The position numbers and the translations under genes are program-made. Shown one piece after another: positions 39,401 through 49,346 of a stretch of 64,000 bases of DNA (positions are counted from its first letter, which is position 1; each line of letters begins with the position of its first letter). A model generated the notes under the pieces. The model worked only from the letters and a program-made list of their open reading frames with translations. It had not been told where the DNA came from and ran no database searches. The stretch is from Phoronis australis (lineage: Eukaryota; Animalia; Phoronida). The DNA lies in assembly GCA_002633005.1 (NCBI GenBank), contig NMRA01000666.1, forward strand, positions 62,001-126,000. Direction: 5' to 3'.

Positions 39401-42400
39401 CATCAAGAAAACCAGACTATTAAGCAGCCTTTACAACATGCTACGCGTATAATAGTATGATCCTTTGTGTATAAGCTCTACACAGCAACTCCATTCAAGT
39501 TTTTAAACCAATGAAGCTAAATTTGTATAATTTTCCTAGAATTCTCTCATAACGCCAACTGTCAAAATCATCAAATCAACACTAAACAACATTTTGGTGA
39601 TTTTATCAGAAACTTGCTTTGTCACTATCAAATCAAACTTCAGAAGTTACCAAAGGATTGCCTTACTGATTTGACTGAAAAATATAGACTAGTTGCGCTT
39701 TCCTTCACAATTTTTGTATAGGACTACGTGTGTACACAGACCACTGAAGGCTGCAGAACAGTATTAATCCCTTGTTTCCTTTACCTCGACAATAATAGCT
39801 TTAAAGGCATTCTCACAATGCCTCGTCACACAGTGCTCACCTCCTCAGCAGTCAAAAGAGGAGCCGAATCTACTGGTCGTTTCCATGAGAACTCTTTCTG
39901 GTATTCCGTTTTCCTTTTCTTGTCCGGCCTAGGAGGAGCAATGCCTGCCCTGTGCTTTAAGGCAAACTCCTGCTGCAAAAAATCACCAGTCACTTTTGAA
40001 ATAGATTAACCCTGAGAAATATTTGCAAAATTTTGTATTATTACATTTTTCATTCCTGAATTAGGCAATACCTGATTAGCATTTACAACTACAATTAAGA
40101 GCTGTCTATCCAAAATCATACTTCAGTATTTTTAAGGCACCTTTCAGTACTTTTGACATGTTTTCCATGTTATTGCGAGAAATAACAAAAACTACTTTTA
40201 GACTAAATTGAAGTCTTCAAACATTCGGTAAACCTCCACTCTCATGCAAGACCAGTCGCAAACTTAGAGGTACACCCACTGCACTGTTACACTACACCAA
40301 GACTTTGCTAGTTCTCAGTTTATTTTCAAAACACTCATGCTGTGATTTCAAGGGAAAACTAAATTCTGAGTTTTGGTAGCCATTGTGTTGCATCCTATAA
40401 GTGCCTTCTGCAGTCACACTGTTGAGAATGACATTTTTGAAGACCCAAATCCACCGTGGACTTACGTGCTGAACGAGAAGTTTATTTTCTTAAAATTCAA
40501 CTTTCAGTCTCGTTTTCTACTCAATTTCAAAGTTTCCCATGACACAGGTACAACAGCTCAATCGTAAAACCTATTTCTAATAGATGGCAAACATGCAGAT
40601 TGACTCGCCAAGTCAGAGTGCAATGCTGGTGCTGATTGGTTTAGAATACTAAGACACAATGCAATAACCGTTACAGAAATGTTAAGACTTGCAGGCGATC
40701 TCATATTTGTTTTTGATGTTAGGGCTCAAAAATGATGCAATACACAATTTTTGCAAATAAAAGTACAAATTCCAAGACTTGACCGCCAGTTACATAAAAC
40801 TGTACTGCTATATTTCCAACAAAATGTACAACAAATAATTTCCAAAAATTTGTATTGTCTAGTCAGCTTTTCAACACTTTGCCATTAGCTCAAAGGACTT
40901 ACCGGTGCCTCTGGTGCTGACTCTGTGACACCCTTGCCGAGGTCTGTCTGGACATACTCATTCATTGATCCTGACCTTTTAGCCTTGATAGCATCCATCA
41001 TCACAGGACCAGGTTTTGGGGGCGGGGCCTTCTTGTTCAAAACTTGAGTCTTGTTGCTGATTAGCTGGTGCTTGGGCTTGACTGACAGGCCAGGTGGATT
41101 TCCACCATCTGGGGCTGAGCTCCTCTGAGAATCGACAGCATTGTTATTTTTGGCGGCATTAGACACAAAAGTCTTGCCGTTCGCTAATTTCCCATTGGTG
41201 TCACTAGTAGTGCCATTTGCACGTGGAGCAGGTTCAGGTAGTGTCTTCGAGTTGCCATTGACTACTTTGCGAGTGTCCTTGAGAATTTTCTGCAAAAGTT
41301 AACTCAGCTTTGGTTGTGAGAGGAACAATTAGTCACAAAACACACTGCTAAGAAATCAAATAAACGAACAAAATGTGATGCACTAAAAATAGGGCTCTAA
41401 GAATATTTGACCAGATTTTACACTAATACATAAAGATGCTTCTACAGAGCTCAAATCACCACAAGACTTTGGTTTGTAAACAAAAGTTAATCAGCACATG
41501 AAAATTAGGCACGATACGACGAACTTAGGTTATCAAATTTCTAATGCTTGACCCTTTACCTTTCGTTCCCCTGGTGATCGTGGGGCAATAGGCGATGGAG
41601 GTCTGTAATTAGTTGTGTCTACTACAGGGGCAGGCTTCAGCCTGTCTTTCTTTTGCACTTTGAACGTCTTTGACTTGGAGTCGCGTTTCTTTTCTTTCTG
41701 TGGCGAGGCATTGTTATTGTTCGCACTTGCCCTGGTTGCCTGTCACAACAGAAATCAATTGAACACTCAAAGAATATTTTTGGTCAAATAAAGCTCTGCA
41801 GAAATATTTCAGATACAAGCTAAACTGCTTTCAACAACAAGCAGAATTAGATTACATCTCCAAAAATGCTTCAGTTGGAAACTTTAGGAGACCATATGAA
41901 ACTATATTTATCAGAGTTTTGCTCAATGGGTTAAAATATCATGTCAAGTTTAATGGCGAAAAGTGTTATTTTAACATCATTTTATTGTTATTCATGGAGA
42001 CTGGTACACAGGTTTGGAGGAACGTTAGTGTGGTAGGCTTGTGCATTACCGTGCAACAGTGCTGTAATTACTCGCAACTAATCACCATAATGCCAAATAG
42101 TGGCTTTGGAAGTAGAGAGGCACTAGGAGCGACTAATTGAAATCAACTATACCACTAGATGGCAGGCAGGTGTTCACCACCACCTATGGTTCATGTTTGA
42201 CTTGAATGAATATTTAAGGCAGTGATACTCTGCAGCAAATCAATTTTATGAAGTTGCAACCGTCATTCTATATAAAGTTCCCACAATGCTGTGCTGCACT
42301 ATATTCCCGAAGAAATGTCAGTCACAAATTGATTGAGATTCAAATAAATTGCATTTTATCATTGTCAACACGGGTCATCTTGCCAATAAAATTTGAAATA

Positions 42401-45400
42401 TTGTCAATCAAAGGCCTTTTCAAGCTCTAAAGAGTAGGATACTAAATGATTGTAACAGGTCGTAGTTTTTGAAGGTGTAATAATGTTGACCAGCATGTCA
42501 AAAGTATTTGACCAAAGCAGACAGCTACATTGAATAATGTTACTTTATTTGGAATACACATATATTATACGCCAACCTAACCTTACCTGATAAGGTGCAG
42601 ATGTCTTATAGACAACATTTGGCGCAAACTTGTTTTGAGCGCCAAGAAGTGTGAAATCGTCAGGCTCGGGATTGGTGAAAAATTTCGTGGTACTTGTCGT
42701 GGTTAGGGGTATCGGCTTCTTTTTGCGCTGGAGCGGAGGTTCAAATACAGGCTCTGTAAGTCATACAGCATCAATTATATAATTCATGATATAACAACCA
42801 ACAGAAGCATCCCAGTATTCTGAGCTGAAGTATGATCAACTAGTACTATCAGTAAGTGAGAACTCCAGGAACCTCAACCCCTACAGGCCCGCGTAGCTAT
42901 AGTAACCAGGTTGTGTTTTCAGTTTTCAAATACTATCTAGGTCAATCAAACGAAATGCACGAAATTAATAACTGAGTTCTGAAAGTAAAGGGCACATCAC
43001 ATGTAAATCATTTTTGGAATGTAACACTAAAACACAGTTCATTGACAGCTAAAACACACAGTGAATGCCCAAAACGCCCTGTGAATGCACTCAGCATTTC
43101 ACTAGGATTATCAGGATAGAAAATGTCAAATTTTCAACTGAATAAAACCACAAATATGCAATTAAATATTGAGTTGGTATTTTGTTCCATAAAATTTGAT
43201 ACCAATCACCGGGGGATTTTGCTTTAATTTTTTAAAAAAAGTAAGCTTTTTACAGTACACATGAAATGATTCAGATAAAATGACACAGAATTTCCCATCG
43301 TGACAGCTGGACACGTGCCAAGTTCAATGACATAGCAGCCTTTTATTGTGATTGTGAATGAAATGGGGTCTTTAGAGAAAGTTAATAAAGTGAACCAGCA
43401 TTCAGTCATTAGAAATTTACTGCAATGAAGGTTCATTGTCAATGAGTCAGGTTACTGACAATGACTCAACTTCCATTGTCAGTCACTATACAATGACTCA
43501 ACTTCCATTGTCAGTCACTTTACAATGTTTATGGACAAGATTGTTGTCAGCCATATTAGCTGTAAAAGGTATGGGTTGTCATCATGACTGCTTTGTCTGA
43601 TTACTTTTATTCTGTTTATTCATTTATTTAATATTGTGATATTTAAAATGAGGGTGGCCTCTTCAGTGATAGCACTGCTTTCCAAGAGGGCCCTCAACAA
43701 GAAAAACAGCAATATAATACAATGAAGTAATAAGACAACAATGAAATATACGTAACAAAGACACAACTAAAACAGGTTGATAATTAAGACAATAACTGAA
43801 TGACAAATAATGGTAAAAATTTAACTAAGACAGATGAAATAAATTTAGAGATGACTCTGGAAAGTGAGAGTATTTACGACAATGAAAAAATGACATGATT
43901 AAGACAGGCAGGGTATAAAAGGTTAAGTAAATTACAGCCACTTTTTAATATTTACTTTAAAGGTAGTAATTGAATTGGACCGTTTAATTTCTGGGCTAAA
44001 AGAATTCCATATTATAGCAGCTGCATAGATAAAAGATAAAACTGTACAGTTTAAGAATGAAATAATTCCATTCGCTAGTTACACACAAGCTTGCTTCAGA
44101 GACTACAGTCTGCCCTTAGCTTGCGCTACATTCGAATACTGAAACATTAATTTCTTGAATTACAATTAGAAATTCAGGCTCTACTCCACAATTACTGAGA
44201 AACGCGAGATACTATGGCATATAAATCCAAATGGAGAATTTGTATACTCTAAGAGGATATAAGGGCATGGTCACGCTAAGGGGCACAAAAGTGTGACATC
44301 AGTGCTTGAAATTCAAATTCAAGCTGGTAGGAAAAAACTAGTGGTTAATTGTAGCTAAATTACTATATTTTCAGTTAATATAAGTGAGAACATAGTTGGA
44401 ATAACACGAATATGAGAAAATTTATGTTTTCCACGAAGTGTATTGCGATAACGGCTGTGATGTTGACATTTTAATCCATACAGTAAGACTATATAAATGT
44501 GGTTCAGAAATAAAATTATGCAGAATTTAGATAGTTCACATACAGTAGTTCTGGATTTTATCAATGAATATATCAATATATACTACAAAAATAAAAAAAT
44601 ATCAATGCAGAGTATGATAACGGCTGTGATGCCCAAAGTGGACATTTTAAGTTTATTTAATTGTCATCGAAACTGTTCTGTCTTGTAAGCCATGTGCAAT
44701 GCACAATAATAACACCTTTAACTTTCTAAAAACANCACAAGCTTGCTTCAGAGACTACAGTCTGCCCTTAGCTTGCGCTACATTCGAATACTGAAACATT
44801 AATTTCTTGAATTACAATTAGAAATTCAGGCTCTACTCCACAATTACTGAGAAACGCGAGATACTATGGCATATAAATCCAAATGGAGAATTTGTATACT
44901 CTAAGAGGATATAAAGGAAATGAGGTGAATGTTGATAGTGCAAGATTCAGACTACGGAATTTTAAGGCTATACTTATGAGTTTACCTGAATAACCAGATG
45001 GGTTCCCTGCCGTGCTTGCAGCCTGCTCCTTTGATGGTGAAAATGATGAACTTTTGTACGAGTCTCTCCATTCATAGCTGCGGTCATACTCTGAGTTTCC
45101 CTATTTAAACATCATAAAAAGGGCAGCTGTGATTTGTCTGAGCAACACACAAACCAGGACACTTTGCCAGAGACCATGTCATATCACATTGCAGTTTCGA
45201 TACCGAACATGACAACTCTAGCCTGTCGTCTATTTTGAAATCCAGCACAAGAGGAACAGTAGTCAAGGATAATGTATTGGGAGGTTGCACCCTCATAAAA
45301 GGTGTAAACACAAAAATTTGCATCTAATGCACTAAGACTGCTTCACTAGCGAGAAAACCTAGAGAAGCTGAGTGACAGGACAGGTACCCATGGTCTCCTC

Positions 45401-46328
45401 ATGGAGGGTAAGTTCTGTACCCGAGCAAACTAAGTTTTGCCAATTAGCATCAATTTCCCATGTGAGGACTCAAATCCGATATTGTGTTGGTAGAATATCT
45501 GCTCCAGCTGGAAAGATTTAAAGATCAGCAGTCAGCATTTAAAGGTTACACTATTGTTCTTGACAAAAGAACATTCGAACTCAACTAGAAATACAGAAGA
45601 AATGCAACCTTGTACCAAATGTTTAAAATGTTATAATTTCTTAAGAAAGGACTAATCTTCCTACACTCCAGAGTTGCTGCATGGAAAGTGGGTAATTAAG
45701 CCAAACTGGGCGCAGCAAAATTCAAACTCAACACAGTGGCGAGTCATAACAGGTTGAGTGGCCAGAATGCTGCACAGCGACAAGTGGCAGTGTATATGTA
45801 CATGTACACAAAAAGTACTTATTCGAAGTGATGTGAATTTAATGATTTCATAGGGCAAAATCCGTAATTTGCAGGAACCTTCTTCTTAGAACTCGCTATG
45901 TACCTGTGCCGTCGGTTGAAAGCTTGGGAACAAACGGATCAGTAGTCCCAGGCCCGCACAACTCCATGCAACACAAACTGAAGTTCAAGTTAACAGGTTA
46001 AGCATTTCGGGGTAGGTATCGAAAAGAGTAGTGATCAGTAGAGTGAACTCAAATTGTGGTGAACGGAGGACCACGGGCTGTAGCTCAGGGCCCCCACACT
46101 TATGGCTAAGCAGCGTTTACTTAGAGCCCCTTTAAAATTAGGCTTGAACCGGCAAAGCAAATGCTATTTGCTAGTAAAAATGCCATTTCTTAGTCGACTT
46201 AGTCCAATACTTCATTGTGTTTTTTATTCGTACACCGATTCTATCCTGAAACATAATTTCTCCACAACTGATTTTAACGATAAATACTGATAAAGTTCAT
46301 TTTAAGTTACCTTAAACCTCACAGGCAT
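27334..46328 (-). CDS. MDM1: Nuclear protein MDM1 (centriolar microtubule-binding protein), 18 coding exons, about 920 aa
   Basis: Starts MPVRFK|GNSEYDRSY; four (S/T)EY repeats (SEYDRSY, TEYQKEF, TEYNRQF, TEYKSNY); WYAEVLELRNKADEYRKRSLGTHFSREH; GRIPTPEL..HHLDVTTPATGGAILVSP; C-terminal LERARSRRDEFWGK. All exon phases are compatible and the summed CDS length is divisible by 3. Confidence 0.93.
28305..28448 (-). CDS. MDM1: MDM1 exon 17
   Basis: tttag|VRERPNSGSAYGRPLSAM..RDDL G|gtaggt; phase 1-1. Confidence 0.75.
28953..30096 (-). mobile_element. Internally deleted piggyBac element in an MDM1 intron
   Basis: TTAA TSD on both sides; 12-bp TIR CCCTTATCCTGC / GCAGGATAAGGG; minus-strand remnant AKRGKMTVDQFLEEVFMDSDSE..DDAWLTPF resembles an acidic piggyBac transposase N-terminus. 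Confidence 0.85.
30195..30360 (-). CDS. MDM1: MDM1 exon 16
   Basis: ttccag|PSVRSSYVPETRQ..GMPTQDTHELLD..QGA G|gtaagc. Confidence 0.8.
30894..31004 (-). CDS. MDM1: MDM1 exon 15 (111 nt, phase 0-0, possibly a cassette exon)
   Basis: cctctag|SASSVPPLTLPPDSSRSRLSD..QCPSC|gtaagt. Confidence 0.6.
31339..31442. repeat. ~100-bp hairpin MITE-like repeat; related copy at about 60590-60695
   Basis: aatagtcacttacag..attttgagaaccagttt / aaactggttctcaaaat..ctgtaagtgattatt; the same core (ttttgaga..ccagtttt..gcatcaaactggttct) recurs in an ARL8 intron. Confidence 0.65.
32302..32438 (-). CDS. MDM1: MDM1 exon 14 (alternative acceptor 32428)
   Basis: ttccttcag|ERLSKPSHIPGGPYYRRYSDESS..ETKR|gttagt. Confidence 0.72.
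33382..33489 (-). CDS. MDM1: MDM1 exon 13 (GC donor after 33382; alternative GT donor after 33378)
   Basis: cag|DFRPPAGITYRKDP..QAPRP CAG|gcaagt. Confidence 0.7.
33979..34190 (-). CDS. MDM1: MDM1 exon 12
   Basis: cag|SFSGKTS..GRIPTPEL..HHLDVTTPATGGAILVSPP..QSA G|gttggt. Confidence 0.88.
34362..34753. repeat. ~390-bp foldback (whole-length imperfect palindrome) in MDM1 intron 11
   Basis: 34377-34460 pairs with 34659-34740; inner arms gattctgattttgaaaga / tctatcaaaatcaggatc meet at a short loop near 34546-34551. Confidence 0.85.
34987..35139 (-). CDS. MDM1: MDM1 exon 11
   Basis: cag|NNNHALKAAK..VKRKLAWGETDSV|gtaaac; phase 2-2. Confidence 0.82.
35958..36187 (-). CDS. MDM1: MDM1 exon 10
   Basis: cag|ENLADPE..WYAEVLELRNKADEYRKRSLGTHFSREH..|gtatgc. 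Confidence 0.92.
36797..36899 (-). CDS. MDM1: MDM1 exon 9
   Basis: KWKTEYKSNYNPPAKFKYEGGAWKGAAPPHVHSQ|gtatcc. Confidence 0.88.
37874..37986 (-). CDS. MDM1: MDM1 exon 8
   Basis: cag|LKRSKSEAEL..HGKH AG|gtctgt; phase 0-2. Confidence 0.75.
38779..38966. repeat. 17-bp minisatellite, about 11 copies (ATC[A/G]TTCTCATATCAAT)
   Basis: Tandem units directly visible. Confidence 0.9.
39021..39167 (-). CDS. MDM1: MDM1 exon 7
   Basis: cag|VVYGSHSNLSP..KETEYNRQFRPW..NAK|gtaaac. Confidence 0.88.
39841..39969 (-). CDS. MDM1: MDM1 exon 6 (NAGNAG acceptor; may start at 39972)
   Basis: EFALKHRAGI..KRKTEYQKEFSWKRP..LLTAEE|gtgagc. Confidence 0.88.
40903..41289 (-). CDS. MDM1: MDM1 exon 5
   Basis: cag|KILKDTRKVV..SAPEAP|gtaagt; phase 0-0. 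Confidence 0.8.
41560..41739 (-). CDS. MDM1: MDM1 exon 4
   Basis: cag|ATRASANNNNASPQ..SPGERK|gtaaag; open, phase 0-0. Confidence 0.75.
42587..42753 (-). CDS. MDM1: MDM1 exon 3
   Basis: cag|EPVFEPPLQRKKKPIP..APYQ|gtaagg. Confidence 0.85.
43459..43527. repeat. 32-bp tandem duplication
   Basis: caatgactcaacttccattgtcagtcact occurs twice in tandem. Confidence 0.75.
43640..44040 (-). mobile_element. CR1/L2/Crack-group LINE 3' end
   Basis: Minus strand FIYAAAIIWNSFSPEIKRSNSITTFKVNIKKWL* (ORF2 C-terminus), an AT-rich 3'UTR, and terminal stem-loop gagggccctcttggaaagcagtgctatcactgaagaggccaccctc. Confidence 0.75.
44084..44914 (+). repeat. 179-bp direct duplication (44084-44262 and 44736-44914) next to a single N
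   Basis: Copies appear identical; the second starts immediately after the N at 44735. Confidence 0.9.
44986..45100 (-). CDS. MDM1: MDM1 exon 2
   Basis: tag|GNSEYDRSYEWRDSY..SGYS G|gtaaac; 115 nt. Confidence 0.88.
46311..46328 (-). CDS. MDM1: MDM1 coding exon 1 (MPVRFK)
   Basis: ATGCCTGTGAGGTTTAAG|gtaact, phase 0. Confidence 0.85.
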
Positions 46329-46605
46329 TCTGCAGCTTTGTTTTACAGCTTTTGATACAAAAACATGAAACAATTCCAACCACTGCTGCAGCCAAATCCA
46401 CCAACAAGAAGCGTCGTTTCAGTAGTACGCATGCGCACTTCCGATTTCAGTTCAAATATATTACAGGTGGCGCAGTGATCAGATAAACAAACGGAGATTC
46501 CTCGGGGGTCGTGTTGTCATATCTGCCCGGGAGATGTCGCGCGTATCCATCCGGAAGTAGAAAGAACGTGGTTTTTTCGACAGTGGTTGCGTAAGCACTA
46601 AGCAG
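46329..46605. promoter_or_regulatory. Bidirectional MDM1/LLPH promoter and putative LLPH non-coding exon 1
   Basis: NRF1-type CGCATGCGCA 46428-46437; ETS sites CACTTCCG 46436-46443 and CCGGAAGT 46551-46558; plus-strand donor CAG|gtaacg after 46605; MDM1 ATG at 46328 on the minus strand. Confidence 0.65.
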
Positions 46606-46790
46606 GTAACGTTATATGCTACAACGATCTGTTTCTTAAATTACCCTTGTCTGTGATGTCTCGTAACATATAGATCTCTGTATTTTAGTGGTTCTTGAAT
46701 TTGGGACAGCCAGTTTGTCTGAATTGTAACCAAAGCGAATCAGGTGACTTAACTCTGGTGATCAGGGCGACTTGATTTTCTGGCCCCGTC

Positions 46791-47678
46791 CACAGTCACC
46801 TTTAAGTAGCTCTCTACAATATAACATATAAAGAGAAAGGTACACAACTGATATTCAATATGGCCGTCTGCCGGCCACTTCCGGAATAACCCAAGCACGT
46901 CAAATCTGAGAGTAATGTAACTCAAACATTTTATCTGCGACAGCAACACGTTCATTGCTTCCATTTGTTGACATCAAAACCAATAAATATCATAAATACC
47001 TCCAGATCTTCCTAGTTCAATCGTCAACATTCACGACAAAGCGAAAAGCAAGAAGGCCTCCTATCAGTTTCGTCTAATGCGCATGCTCATAAGGCCCCTC
47101 GCGACATCTTCAGAGCGCTTACATTCAACTAAAAACAGCAACATTCAGCGAAGAGGCTCTTGACAGTAATTTACATTATTTATATGTTACTCTATGAGCA
47201 CGCTGATTGGGTACAGCAAAAATAGGTCAAACTTTCAAGAGGCCACAGACAACCCTGCTTTTTCACATGCTCATGCGAGGTAGGACGACATATTCGTAAA
47301 TTACTGTTAAGAGCCTCTTCGCTGAATGTTGCTGTTTTTAGTTGATGTAAGCGCTCTGAAGATGTCGCGAGGGGCCTTATGAGCATGCGCATTAGACGAA
47401 ACTGATAGGAGGCCTTCTTGCTTTTCGCTTTGTCGGGAATGTTGACGATTGAACTAGGAAGATCTGGAGGTATTTATGATATTTATTGGTTTTGATGTCA
47501 ACAAATAGAAGCAATGAACGTGTTGCTGTCGCAGATAAAATGTTTGAGTTAAATTACTCTCAGATTTGACGTGCTTGGGTTATTCCGGAAGTGGCCGGCA
47601 AACGGCCATATTGAATATCAGTTGTGTACCTTTCTCTTTATATGTTATATTGTAGAGAGCTACTTAAAGGTGCCTGTG
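46791..47678. repeat. Long near-perfect inverted repeat: arms 46791-47174 and 47296-47678, 121-bp spacer
   Basis: Arms of about 384 bp are reverse complements with only a handful of mismatches. Confidence 0.95.
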
Positions 47679-48649
47679 CTCCGTCGCTCGGCTGGCGAGC
47701 GGGGCTTTGAGACTTGGATATCGCTAGATTAAACCATCAGCCATCAAAGTCACGCTGCTACAAGTACTTTGGTGCATAGAGGTAATTGTTTACAATATGA
47801 CGACATTGATCTACTCACATGATTTTGGTAATTTATGTTTCGATTTTCACAACGTTATCTTTCCAAAAATACGAATGTATCCCCTACCACGTTTCCTCTG
47901 TATTTTATCGTTGAATTTCTTTTCGAACTATTTTCCGATACCGTCATGTTAGCTCTACTCAAGATTACAGCGACACATGTTGTTAATGAATGAAACAGCA
48001 TCATCGATTCTGAATGGTGTTTGCCCGCGCGAGATTCTCACTAATTTCCTAGCTCTTAAACTTATTCTTAATCCTTTTCATTGCAAAAGTCCCAGGTTGC
48101 CAGTCATTTCAGCCCCTCGGTCACAAACCCAACCATCCCAGTCAAACCACCTTTGGAAACAATTGACCAAGACCAGAATAACATACAGAATGGGCGATAA
48201 AAATAATTAAAATAGAAACAGTAAGTCACGACAAACGAATTCGTGTCCACCATTCGAAATTTTAGTGAACAGTTGTACACTAGATGTCGCAAGTGCTTGC
48301 TTAATCTCAAGATCACTTGCGTCATAGAAATCTATTCTAAGTTGAATCACCATTCCAAATTGAAGCACAACAGTATTTCTTCCGAGTATCGGGAAATAGT
48401 GCGAGCAGAAATTTCATGAGAAAATACTAAGGGAACGGGTTAGCAAAAAGTTCTGTGTATGTAAGCCAATGTCGTCATTTTGTAAACAATTACCAGGACA
48501 CCTTAGGAGGCTGTCGATGTCTTTAATTCCTTCCAACTTGAACAAATACTCCCATAATCAAACCTTTTTCGAGCAGTCCTTCGTTTCAGTTGGATTTTGC
48601 CCAAATCGGCAACTGGTCATTTTACATTGCTCGCCCATGGAGATATGAC

Positions 48650-49150
48650 CAGGGCTTGGAATTTTCCGTGGAAACGCGGATTTCCGCTTTTTTCAAAATG
48701 TGCTTTCCGCTTTTTTTATAATATTTCCGCGTAAAAAAATCGGATTTGATATAAAATTTCCGCGGCAAATTCCTTTCTTACCGCGGCGTTGCAGACGACG
48801 TTCACCTCGAAAAGCGGAAGTTGCTCTTTATGTTTCGGAGGAACGTAAATTGTCAACATTGCCGGGGCATCTGGGACAGCGTGGTGGGATTTTCAATGGC
48901 GTCTCGTGTTTTTGTTAAGCGCGGCAACAAGTACTACCGCTCTGCAGCCAAAAATGTGTGGGTTGGGAGTGGATGGGCGAGCTAAAAGGACGCAGACGCA
49001 TGCTACTGATGGTGGTAACACTCTTTTTTTTTAGTCCTCCCGATTTTTGTCGGGGAAAGGTTCACATTGACCATTTCAAGGCTGGTTATTGGGCATGATT
49101 TGGGCCGTAAAAGTTTCCGCGTTTTTTGTCATTGGTCATTCGAAGCCCTG
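48650..49150. mobile_element. Non-autonomous hAT-like element, copy 1, 6-bp TSD TATGAC
   Basis: TIR CAGGGCTTGGAAT / ATTCGAAGCCCTG; tatgac on both sides; highly similar to 54366-54854. Confidence 0.88.
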
Positions 49151-49346
49151 TATGACGTCAACTCCCCAGTTGATTGAAGAATTGGCGATAGATGACACTC
49201 TGTTTCATGGCTCTGAAAGTTGATGCATATCATCGCTATAAATATAGAGACAGAATAATAGTATAACAGTTATTGTTAGTGGCACAAATAACCTATTTGT
49301 TGTTGGTGTAATTTGGAGACCATTTTTGCTTGTTTATTACAGGGAA

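Noticed and set aside
45903-45990. Possible alternative MDM1 first exon (MELCGPG..|gtacat)
   Set aside because: The ATG frame ends in phase 1 while exon 2 starts in phase 0; the phase-0 frame has no start codon or compatible acceptor.
47977-48640. Faint Cys/His transposase-like remnants on the minus strand
   Set aside because: Too degenerate to assign without a homology search.
48700-48918. Two similar 70-aa ORFs (also 54415-54627) suggesting a duplicated small gene
   Set aside because: Both lie within copies of the same non-autonomous transposon and have no ATG start.
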